From assembly GCA_015521615.1 (NCBI GenBank), contig WANW01000059.1, positions 802 to 64,801 of the forward strand: a stretch of 64,000 bases of DNA. Direction: 5' to 3'. This DNA is from Candidatus Hydrothermarchaeota archaeon. Lineage in GTDB: Archaea > Hydrothermarchaeota > Hydrothermarchaeia > Hydrothermarchaeales > BMS3B. Within the stretch, counting starts at the first letter, position 1; every line of letters starts with the position of its first letter. The position numbers and the translations under genes are program-made. The notes beneath the pieces were generated by a model. The model had not been told where the DNA came from, did no database searches, and saw only the letters and a list, made by a program, of their open reading frames with translations. Of the stretch, positions 1 through 8,544 are shown piece after piece.

Positions 1-178
1 ACCCCTCGCATCCTATCACCTCAATTGAGTAGAATGAGGATGTAGTATAAAAAGATTTTTAGGCTTTACTTTTCAAGCGCTTTTGGCAAAAAGTGTACAT
101 GCTCCACAGGAAGAAACTGTAACTCGATAGACAAGCTTTAAAGCAAAAAGAACAAAAATGAAGATGTAATTTGTTTGC

Positions 179-264
179 GGCGGGGTAACCAAGATCGGTC
201 AAGGTGACCGATTGAGGATCGGTGCTCGGACCAGAGCGCGCGGGTTCAAGTCCCGCCCCCGCCG
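179..264 (+). tRNA. tRNA with Leu anticodon GAG, type II (long variable arm), atypical G73 discriminator
   Basis: Cloverleaf: acceptor GGCGGGG/CCCCGCC, D-stem ACC/GGT, anticodon stem ACCGA-TTGAGGA-TCGGT, variable arm GCTC-GGACCA-GAGC, T-arm GCGGG-TTCAAGT-CCCGC; TTTAAA box at about 137-142. Confidence 0.85.
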
Positions 265-425
265 CATGAATACCTTTGTTGTATAGGGGTATAAAAAATT
301 TACCATTTTTTCTCCAGCACCAACCGGGACTGATATTACTTTTATACTTTTCCGGCGCTCTCGGGCAACGCCTAAATATGTGCGTTGCTGCATATATGCT
401 ACCTTTCCACCAAGGAGGGGTTGAG

Positions 426-671
426 ATGAAGAATGTGCGAATAATAATAACATCCGGTGATGGAAAGACGCATGTGACCGAGGTCAGGTCCTCGGTCTGG
501 CTTGAGAAGGCAGGGATGCGGAAGTGCAACGGTAGCTACATCCTTGATCTCGCCGTTGCCAAGGTGGAGATGCCAGAGGATGTGGGCTACGAATTCGTTG
601 AGGATCTTGCATTGCTTCTCTCATACCGGGAGCGCAAGAAGCTCGGGGAAGCGCTGCTAGCAAGCATTTAA
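426..671 (+). CDS. Hypothetical protein of the integrated element (81 aa)
   Basis: GGAGG Shine-Dalgarno (SD) motif before ATG 426; directly upstream of the integrase. Confidence 0.6.
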   Translation: MKNVRIIITSGDGKTHVTEVRSSVWLEKAGMRKCNGSYILDLAVAKVEMPEDVGYEFVEDLALLLSYRERKKLGEALLASI

Positions 672-703
672 GCGTTTGCACTCTAATTTTTTACTGAGCA
701 GTT

Positions 704-2116
704 ATGGCAGAGAAAGACTTCTTTAAGTACAGGAAGCGATATCAACGGGAGCTGAAGTTGCTCGAAGAGGCTGACATCCACCCCAACAACAAGAGGCTTA
801 TCAAGGAATTCGACAGGGCTTGCCGGGCGGGAACCTTTGGAAAGAAGCTTGACTATCCATCTGCACAGGAGCAGCTCAACACCCTGCGGAGGTTCTGTCA
901 ATTTTTTGAGAAAGACCTGTACTGGGCTACTCAGCAAGACTTCGACGAAGCTTTTGCCAAGATTGAGGAACACTTTGAGAATTTAAGAAGAGAGCGCCAG
1001 AAGAGGGGGCTTGATGAGAAGATTTCGGGGGATTGGGCTATTTATCGCTTCAAAGTTACAGTTAAGAAGTTTATGCGCTGGCTGAGATGGGCGTACTGGT
1101 ACCCAGAGGGTTACCCCGGCAAGGAGAAACTTGACCCAGCTGAAATATTCTGGAAGACCGGTTTTGCCAGGCGTAAAAAACCCCTCTACCCTCTTGAGGT
1201 TGCTCACATCTACGCCGAAACGCCCAAATCAGAACTCCGTGATAGGTCCCTTCCACCATGGCGTGAGATTGGTAAGATCTGGGATAAGCTGGCGAGTGCA
1301 GCTGCGAACCTGCGGGATAAAGCCATCTTCAAGTGTCAGAAAAAGAAAGGCCCACGTGTCGGGGGGCTTGGCTCCATGCTTTTTGGGGATTTGGAAGAGC
1401 TTGATATAGGTTACAAGTTTTACATCAGGGACAAGAACAGAGAAAACGTGGTCGCCACCCCTATTTATGACGATTTGGAAGACATAGAGGCCATCAGGGC
1501 CTATCTGCTTGAAAGGGAGGCAATGCTAAGGGACTGGGGATATGATCCCTACGACCCAAAGCTTCCCCTCTGGCTCAAATACAACCAAAATAAGCCCGTG
1601 ATGATTGACTACCAGGACATTCGCAACGCTATCAAGAGGGCAAAAGACCGCTGGAACAAGCTGCACCCTGAGGACCCAATCACATACCGCCTCTATAACC
1701 ATCTCACGCGCTTCTATGCCGAAGGTGTGGATCAGAAGATCAAGAAAATCCCAGATAACATTCGAAGGAAGGAACGCGGCTGGTCCCCTACCTCGCCAAT
1801 GCCCGGTAAGTACGGGGCTATGATTGAGGATGTCGATATAGAGGAATTCTACGAGGAGAAGGCTGGGATAAAAGAGACCGAGGAGCAGAAAAAGAAAAAG
1901 AAGTGCTTCCGCTGCGGGTTTATCAACGAGGCACACTTAGAAAAGTGCTTCCGCTGTGGAACATGGCTTGATCCAAAGAGGATATTAGAGATAGAAAATA
2001 TGAAGGTGGCCGCCTTAGAAAGGAGGATGGAAATTTTGGAGGAGGTTGTCAGAATACTGGCTGGCAATAATGTGGAAGCTGTAGTTTCTTCTGATGCACG
2101 GCCTCCTAAGCTGTAG
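704..2116 (+). CDS. int: Tyrosine recombinase/integrase with C-terminal double Zn-ribbon
   Basis: RDKAIF..GPRV (catalytic R), HLTR (HxxR), GWSPTSPMPGKY (W..Y nucleophile), CFRC..CFRC; adjacent att site. Confidence 0.85.
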   Translation: MAEKDFFKYRKRYQRELKLLEEADIHPNNKRLIKEFDRACRAGTFGKKLDYPSAQEQLNTLRRFCQFFEKDLYWATQQDFDEAFAKIEEHFENLRRERQKRGLDEKISGDWAIYRFKVTVKKFMRWLRWAYWYPEGYPGKEKLDPAEIFWKTGFARRKKPLYPLEVAHIYAETPKSELRDRSLPPWREIGKIWDKLASAAANLRDKAIFKCQKKKGPRVGGLGSMLFGDLEELDIGYKFYIRDKNRENVVATPIYDDLEDIEAIRAYLLEREAMLRDWGYDPYDPKLPLWLKYNQNKPVMIDYQDIRNAIKRAKDRWNKLHPEDPITYRLYNHLTRFYAEGVDQKIKKIPDNIRRKERGWSPTSPMPGKYGAMIEDVDIEEFYEEKAGIKETEEQKKKKKCFRCGFINEAHLEKCFRCGTWLDPKRILEIENMKVAALERRMEILEEVVRILAGNNVEAVVSSDARPPKL

Positions 2117-2144
2117 ATCGGGGGTTCAAATCCCCCCGGGCCCG
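2098..2144 (+). repeat. attR: duplicated 3' part of tRNA-Arg(CCT), from anticodon arm to discriminator
   Basis: ACGGC-CTCCTAA-GCTGT, AGATC, GGGGG-TTCAAAT-CCCCC, CGGGCCC-G; no matching 5' half (GGGCCCG...) upstream. Confidence 0.85.
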
Positions 2145-2518
2145 CTTACCTTATTTTTCCGTTGCCTCTGGAGGATTGGTGCACGAGTACCCCATAAGAT
2201 CTTCAGCTGCTGGCAGCACAGCCACCGGGACGATAGAAGCCAAAGAGAAGCTGCTCAAAGGCTATGATGAGTTGAAAAAGGAGACCAAGGAGGAGCTGCT
2301 CAGGGAGTTGTTGAAGGAGTAGAGCAGATTATGTTACCTGTAACATAAGTTGTAACAAATCATTTCCCTGTAAAATATGTTAACTCGGAAAGCCGCTTAT
2401 GAAATAATATTATATTTCGAGTAATTGCAAAAAAGAAGCCCGTTCAAAAATTCCTACGAAATTTTTCCTCACTCATCTAAGATAGGTGCCCCAAAAATTC
2501 GAAAGAAGCATAAATAAA

Positions 2519-2785
2519 TTATAAATTTTCCATATCGAGAAAGTCTTCAACCTTTTTGACGTAGTAACGCTTTTTCAGCCTCCCCTTCTCCTCGACAACC
2601 TCCACTCTGAGGTCGTCCTCCAGTCTTCGCAGGCTACCCTGTACCTTGCCCGTGCTCCAGTTGAGCGCTTTAGCTATCTCATAGAGCGTTTTCCCGGGGT
2701 TAGCTTCCAAGTAGTGGAGGAGCTCCATGTCGGTCATCCTACCTATCAGCTCCCTCTTCTTTATCGCTCTAACAGTCCTTGGCAT
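2519..2785 (-). CDS. Small winged-helix DNA-binding protein
   Basis: LLHYLEANPGKTLYEIAKALNWSTGKVQGSLRRL HTH plus wing; GGAGG SD. Confidence 0.8.
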   Translation of the reverse strand: MPRTVRAIKKRELIGRMTDMELLHYLEANPGKTLYEIAKALNWSTGKVQGSLRRLEDDLRVEVVEEKGRLKKRYYVKKVEDFLDMENL

Positions 2786-2796
2786 GCTCAGCCTCC

Positions 2797-2824
2797 ACTT
2801 TAATTACTTTAAGGTAATTAAAGT
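2797..2824. promoter_or_regulatory. 28-bp palindrome, probable operator between the TATA box and SD of the wHTH gene
   Basis: ACTTTAATTAC-TTTAAG-GTAATTAAAGT (perfect 11-bp arms). Confidence 0.55.
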
Positions 2825-2885
2825 TATGCATAGTATTTAAACTTTTCGGATAAAATATAAACAAAATAGAAAAACTTATATATAC

Positions 2886-2905
2886 GAAATATAATATTAT
2901 ATTTC
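2886..2905. repeat. Perfect 20-bp palindrome GAAATATAATATTATATTTC, with a near copy at 2399-2419
   Basis: Read directly from the sequence. Confidence 0.7.
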
Positions 2906-2913
2906 ATGAATGA

Positions 2914-3176
2914 CATCAAGTCAAGCTAAAACCTTCAGAGAAAGCAACTCTCCTTGTCCTGTATAAAGTATGTAAAGGGTCTCTTAAATGTCACGTTCCA
3001 ATTGAAGCTATTCAGGCTAAGTTTAAAAACATGAGAGACACGTGCCGGTGAAGGCGCTTCGCATACTGGCGAGGCTGGGCCTTGTGGTCAGGCATCCAAC
3101 TAAGGGAGGGGTTACTTACCAGCTCACTCGCATCGGAAAAGAGTATGTGGAGACGCAGTTAAGAGAGTTTCTTTAA
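2914..3176 (+). pseudogene. Frameshifted small winged-helix-like gene
   Basis: KLKPSEKATLLVLY...IQAKFK joins by a -1 shift in an A5 run (about 3025-3029) to KHERHVPVKALRILARLGLV..YQLTRIGKEYV; no in-frame start codon. Confidence 0.55.
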
Positions 3177-3381
3177 ATAGCTTCTGGTTAAAGGTAGCGT
3201 TCAGAAAAGACTTCTTTTTGGAACACCCAAAACGGCGAGGGCGCTCAGTACCGGAAGCATCTACCGCGATTGGGCGGTGGTTTTGGAACTTTTTAATCAC
3301 GGGTGTGAATGTAACTCTTATATACTCCTTCAAGGATACGGAGGTGAAACCTATTTATACAGACCTTTTTAATTTAGTTCT

Positions 3382-3849
3382 ATGGGCATCTACGGAACTA
3401 AGGCCAGCCTGTACTCTGATTTATCCCTCACGCTGGAATTTCTCGTAACTGCTATGTTCTTCACCGGTTACTATTTTGCCAGGAAAAGGAATTTTTCATT
3501 GCATCCTAAGTTTATGGCGACTGCTTTTATGCTGGACATTGCCTTTCTTGTAAGCTACATGATAAAATCACTCGCCGAAGGAAGGACTGAGTTTGCTGGG
3601 CCCGCCTTAATCTATAAGCTTGTGTATCTTCCAACAGTGATATTTCACTCAATAATATCCATAGTTGTGCTTTTATTAGCGGCTTTCATGGTTTACAATG
3701 GCATAAGAAACTTTGACAGAGAAAAACTGAGCATGAAACCAGAAAACGTGCTAAAGCACCGGAAATTCGGTAGGATAACATTGACCACATGGGTACTCTC
3801 GTTCATGTCAGGTCTCGCGGTTTATCTCCTTCTATATGTCCTGTACTGA
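3382..3849 (+). CDS. DUF420-like membrane protein
   Basis: 4 TM segments; H..M..AF, FL..Y, IFHS, HRKFGR..L..W motifs. Confidence 0.75.
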   Translation: MGIYGTKASLYSDLSLTLEFLVTAMFFTGYYFARKRNFSLHPKFMATAFMLDIAFLVSYMIKSLAEGRTEFAGPALIYKLVYLPTVIFHSIISIVVLLLAAFMVYNGIRNFDREKLSMKPENVLKHRKFGRITLTTWVLSFMSGLAVYLLLYVLY

Positions 3850-3937
3850 CTTCACAAAAGGTGCCTCCGCTTTGTCTGTTTGTTGTCAAAAAACAGATAA
3901 ATTTATTAATCTGCACTCCGAGAATTAATAGATACCA

Positions 3938-4441
3938 ATGTGGAGCGAGATAGAAAAACACTTCAGGAAATTTCCAATGCAGAAGCGGGTGGCACTCTTT
4001 CTCCTTCGCAAGGGCTTCCAGGTAAATGAGCACGCCCGTGTCTGCGTGGGCGGGATAGATATACCCCATACCCAGGTAGCAAAGGAACTTGGCATAGATC
4101 GCCGCGTCGTTGATGCAACGGCAGAGAGGATTAGAAAGGAGGAGAGTCTCTACAGGATATTCAGTAACCTTGACTGTGTGGCTTTTCTCCGTGACGTGGC
4201 ACCAATACTGGGGCTCAACGTAGTGATAATAACGCCGGACGATGCCTCGAAGCCCGGGATAATAGGTAGAGTGGCCTCCAAGATTTCTGAGTGGGGCATA
4301 CCAATAAGGCAGGCGATAGCGGACGACCCGTACCTCTTTGAAGAACCCAGGCTGACAATAATAACCGAGGGGGAATTACCCGGGGAGCTTATTAAGGAAT
4401 TAAAGGCGCTCGACGGGGTAAAGAGGCTGACAATAATTTAG
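3938..4441 (+). CDS. ACT-domain regulator of amino acid metabolism (COG2150-like)
   Basis: N-terminal HTH-like AKELGIDRRVV; C-terminal ACT domain PGIIGRVA..IRQAIADDP. Confidence 0.8.
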   Translation: MWSEIEKHFRKFPMQKRVALFLLRKGFQVNEHARVCVGGIDIPHTQVAKELGIDRRVVDATAERIRKEESLYRIFSNLDCVAFLRDVAPILGLNVVIITPDDASKPGIIGRVASKISEWGIPIRQAIADDPYLFEEPRLTIITEGELPGELIKELKALDGVKRLTII

Positions 4442-4474
4442 CTTTTTCCATGTCATCTTTGAGGATACGGGGAA

Positions 4475-5431
4475 ATGAAAATCTCACTGGGACTTACAAC
4501 GAGCATGCCCGTGATGCAGGGTGTAAAGCTTGCAAGGCTTGCAGAGGAGCAGGGTTATACGAGAATATTCGTGGGCGAGGATGCACTATCCCGCGAGATT
4601 TTCACATACCTGGCAACTATTGCCGTTAAAACGCAGGACATCCCCCTAGCTTCAGGAATATTATCCCCTTATCTCAGAAGCCTTGTGTTTATCATCTCAG
4701 CCACAGCGGGGCTGCAGATGATTACGGGAAACCGCTTTTCCCTTGGTTTAGGTGTCGGGGGCATTCCTGAGGTTGTGAAGCTTACAGGTAAGGAACCACG
4801 CAATGTGGTGGAGGTGATGAGGGAAACCGCAGAGGTGGTGCGCAGAGTATTCAGAGGCGAGGAAGTCACATATGAGGGCAGAAAGGCATGCCTCAAGGGC
4901 TACAGGCTTCGCATAGAGGATGTCGCTTTGCCTGAGATTCTATTTGGTGTGCGCGGAAAAAAGCTCCTTGCCCTGGCAGGTGAGGTTAGCGACGGTGTAA
5001 TCTTCAGCGGCCCAGATGAATACCTGAGGCAGGCAATTGAAGTGGTTAGAAGAGCAACGAAAAAGGCAGGAAGAAGGTTTGTGAATATGCACAGGGTGGT
5101 GTGGAAAGGCTTTGTTCTTGGCAACAACATAAAAAAAGCAAAGCAGATAACGGCAACGATGATTGCAAGCTCACCCGGGGAGGTGCTCCGCATGCTGGAG
5201 CTTGAGGAGGTGGCGGAGGAAATAAAGCGCGCTTTTCTCAGACGCGAGTACGCCCTCGCAATAAAGCTTGTACCAGACAGAGCCCTGCGTGAGTTCTGCT
5301 TTTTTGGCACAAAAGAGGAGATTCTGGATGCGATGGAAGAACTCCACCGGCATGGATTTGAGGAATTTATTGTAGGACCACCCTTCGGCGACTCAGCTAC
5401 AGAGGTGGTGCGCAGCTTTGGTAGCGCCTGA
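4475..5431 (+). CDS. Luciferase-like (LLM/Mer-like) flavin- or F420-dependent oxidoreductase
   Basis: LAEEQGY, ..SGILSPY.R, RFSLGLGVG, GKKLLALAGEVSDGVI. Confidence 0.8.
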   Translation: MKISLGLTTSMPVMQGVKLARLAEEQGYTRIFVGEDALSREIFTYLATIAVKTQDIPLASGILSPYLRSLVFIISATAGLQMITGNRFSLGLGVGGIPEVVKLTGKEPRNVVEVMRETAEVVRRVFRGEEVTYEGRKACLKGYRLRIEDVALPEILFGVRGKKLLALAGEVSDGVIFSGPDEYLRQAIEVVRRATKKAGRRFVNMHRVVWKGFVLGNNIKKAKQITATMIASSPGEVLRMLELEEVAEEIKRAFLRREYALAIKLVPDRALREFCFFGTKEEILDAMEELHRHGFEEFIVGPPFGDSATEVVRSFGSA

Positions 5432-6293
5432 GCTTGGAATCAACTTCAACGGTAACCTGAGCAGGGAAGAAGTTGCGGCAAAGGCGAGGGCGGCTGAGCG
5501 CAATGGTGTTCGCTACCTGTGGGTGGGTGAATCAAAGCCACTGGTGCACCCTTTCCCGATAATGACACTCCTTGCGGAGAGCACAACGCATGCCACAATA
5601 GGATCTGCGATACTCTCGGCGATGAGCAACCGCTGCTTCCACATCGCAAAGGCATTTAGGGTGCTCAGGGAGGCATATGGACAGCGCTTTATCGCAGGTA
5701 TCGCTCCCGGGGACTTGCATGGGCTGAAGGTTGAGTGCATCGCAAGCAGGGGTGTGGTGGCACGCCTCGAGAAGTGCATCTCCAGAATAAAGGGGGTGGT
5801 ACCCGTCTTTGTTGGAGCCTCGGGACCAAAGCTGATAGAGCTGGCCAGTATTAGAGGTGAGGGTGTGATACTCAACTACGCTCACCCAGAGTTCATAAAG
5901 TGGGCTCTCCGCCATGTAAGGAGGGAGAGGTACCTCGCCTGCATAGCACCTGCGCTTGTTCTGCCAGATAAAGAAAATATGGCAGAGCTCATGGGTGCAG
6001 CTGCTGTGGTAGCGAGTGGCGCAAATCCCGTGTTTATTGCAGATATGGGCATTGAAGAGAAGGTAACTGAAATCAGAAATATGGTTAAGCGAGACAGATG
6101 GGATGAGCTTGCAGAGCATGAGAACTTCCTTCTGGAATACTTCACCATCTCCGGAAGTGTTGACGAGGTGGTGGAGAGGATAGAGGAGCTGGCAAAGCTG
6201 GGCATGAAGCAGGTCATCCTCGGCTCACCCTTTGTTAAGAGCATTGCGTTTGAGAAAATAATAAATAGCATAAGCGAGAGGCTAGGCGTATGA
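5418..6293 (+). CDS. Second luciferase-like (LLM/Mer-like) oxidoreductase
   Basis: AERNGVRYLWVGE, RFIAGIAPGD, VGASGPKLIELA, ISGSVDEVVERI, VILGSP. Confidence 0.8.
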   Translation: MVAPELGINFNGNLSREEVAAKARAAERNGVRYLWVGESKPLVHPFPIMTLLAESTTHATIGSAILSAMSNRCFHIAKAFRVLREAYGQRFIAGIAPGDLHGLKVECIASRGVVARLEKCISRIKGVVPVFVGASGPKLIELASIRGEGVILNYAHPEFIKWALRHVRRERYLACIAPALVLPDKENMAELMGAAAVVASGANPVFIADMGIEEKVTEIRNMVKRDRWDELAEHENFLLEYFTISGSVDEVVERIEELAKLGMKQVILGSPFVKSIAFEKIINSISERLGV

Positions 6294-7108
6294 GAATAGT
6301 AATAGCTCACAGCCCAGATCCAGACGACGCCTTTATGTTCTATGCCCTCGCGACAGGTAAAATAGAGAGCGAGTTTGAATTTGTGGATGTGACCCATGAC
6401 ATAGAGACGCTAAACAGAAAGGCAATGCAGGGTGAGTACGAGGTCACGGCTATATCAATCCACGCGTATCCCTACCTGGCGGAGCGCTATGCCCTGCTCA
6501 ACTGCGGGGCGAGCATGGGGGATAACTACGGCCCAATCGTTGTCGCCAGGGAAAAGCTGGATTCTCTGGAAGGGAAGCGCATCGCCATACCGGGGAAGCT
6601 TACCTCAGCTTATCTCGCCCTGAAGCTGTATGAGCGCAACTTCTCTCCTGTGGAGGTACCCTTCGACCGCATCCCCGAGGCGGTGGCAGGTGGTGAAGTC
6701 GACGCTGGTTTGCTCATCCATGAGGGACAGCTCACCTACCCTGAGCTTGGCCTTGTGAAGGTGGTGGATCTCGGAGAGTGGTGGCATGGTGAGACCTCGC
6801 TCCCCCTGCCTCTGGGTGGCAACGCCATAAGGCGAGACCTTGGCGATGAAACAATGCGCAGAGTAGCTTCTTACCTCAAGCAGAGCATACGCTATGCCCT
6901 TGAGCATGAAGAGGAAGCCCTGGAATATGCGCTGCAGTTTGGACGGGGGCTTGACAGGGAGAAGAACAGAAAGTTTGTAAGGATGTACGTCAATGAGTAC
7001 ACCCTCGACTACGGCGAAAAGGGCAGGCAGGCTATAAAGCTGTTCTTAAAGAGAGGTTATGAGGAGGGAATACTCCCGAAATACGTTGAACCCGAGTTTA
7101 TAGGGTAG
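6290..7108 (+). CDS. mqnD: 1,4-dihydroxy-6-naphthoate synthase (MqnD family, futalosine pathway)
   Basis: HSPDPDDAFMFYAL, DIETLN, GDNYGP, IHEGQLTY, LPLPLGGN, MYVN. Confidence 0.85.
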   Translation: MRIVIAHSPDPDDAFMFYALATGKIESEFEFVDVTHDIETLNRKAMQGEYEVTAISIHAYPYLAERYALLNCGASMGDNYGPIVVAREKLDSLEGKRIAIPGKLTSAYLALKLYERNFSPVEVPFDRIPEAVAGGEVDAGLLIHEGQLTYPELGLVKVVDLGEWWHGETSLPLPLGGNAIRRDLGDETMRRVASYLKQSIRYALEHEEEALEYALQFGRGLDREKNRKFVRMYVNEYTLDYGEKGRQAIKLFLKRGYEEGILPKYVEPEFIG

Positions 7109-7367
7109 CTATCCCCTCCTCCACATACCCTTTAATAAGCCTGAGCAGCTTTTCCTTATCCTCCTCGCCAAGGGTTTCAAACATCTCAATAAAATACCCG
7201 AAGATCTTTTTTACTGGTATTCTCAACTCTCCCACGTCAGAATCAAGAATGACATAGTCCTCACCCTCTATCTTCCTGATTTCCTTGGCCTTAAAAACAG
7301 AAAAGAGAAATTCCTCCTCACTCACATCCTCCTTCTTCGGCAGAAATACCCCAATACCTTCGCTCAT
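7098..7367 (-). CDS. Hypothetical protein
   Basis: 89-aa ORF with protein-like composition filling an intergenic gap; TATA-like box upstream. Confidence 0.6.
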   Translation of the reverse strand: MSEGIGVFLPKKEDVSEEEFLFSVFKAKEIRKIEGEDYVILDSDVGELRIPVKKIFGYFIEMFETLGEEDKEKLLRLIKGYVEEGIATL

Positions 7368-7470
7368 GCATAACCCTGGATGGCGTGGTTATATAACGCT
7401 TGCGCTTGCCACCAGACACCCAGCATCAGGGATGAGAAATGGTGCAGCGCCCCTATATGAAAAACTTTAA

Positions 7471-8538
<1,068 letters not shown>

Positions 8539-8544
8539 GCGGGT

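Larger units (their letters stand above)
1..2144. mobile_element. Right end of an integrated element (provirus or integrative plasmid) inserted in tRNA-Arg(CCT); continues left of the window
   Basis: Tyrosine integrase 704-2116 abuts a duplicated tRNA 3' half (2098-2144); orphan ORF and atypical tRNA upstream. Confidence 0.8.

Noticed and set aside
1-22. Gene start on the minus strand (GAGGTGA SD, ATG at 11) running off the left edge
   Set aside because: Only three codons are visible, so it cannot be supported as a CDS
2098-2144. 3' half of a trans-spliced split tRNA
   Set aside because: The fragment starts at the 5' strand of the anticodon stem, shows no splice leader and overlaps an integrase; an att duplication explains it better
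3200-3290. Possible riboswitch or ncRNA (CCAAAAC/GTTTTGG and CTACCGC/GCGGTGG stems) upstream of the DUF420 gene
   Set aside because: No match to a motif I recognise; short stems may be chance; an Infernal search is needed
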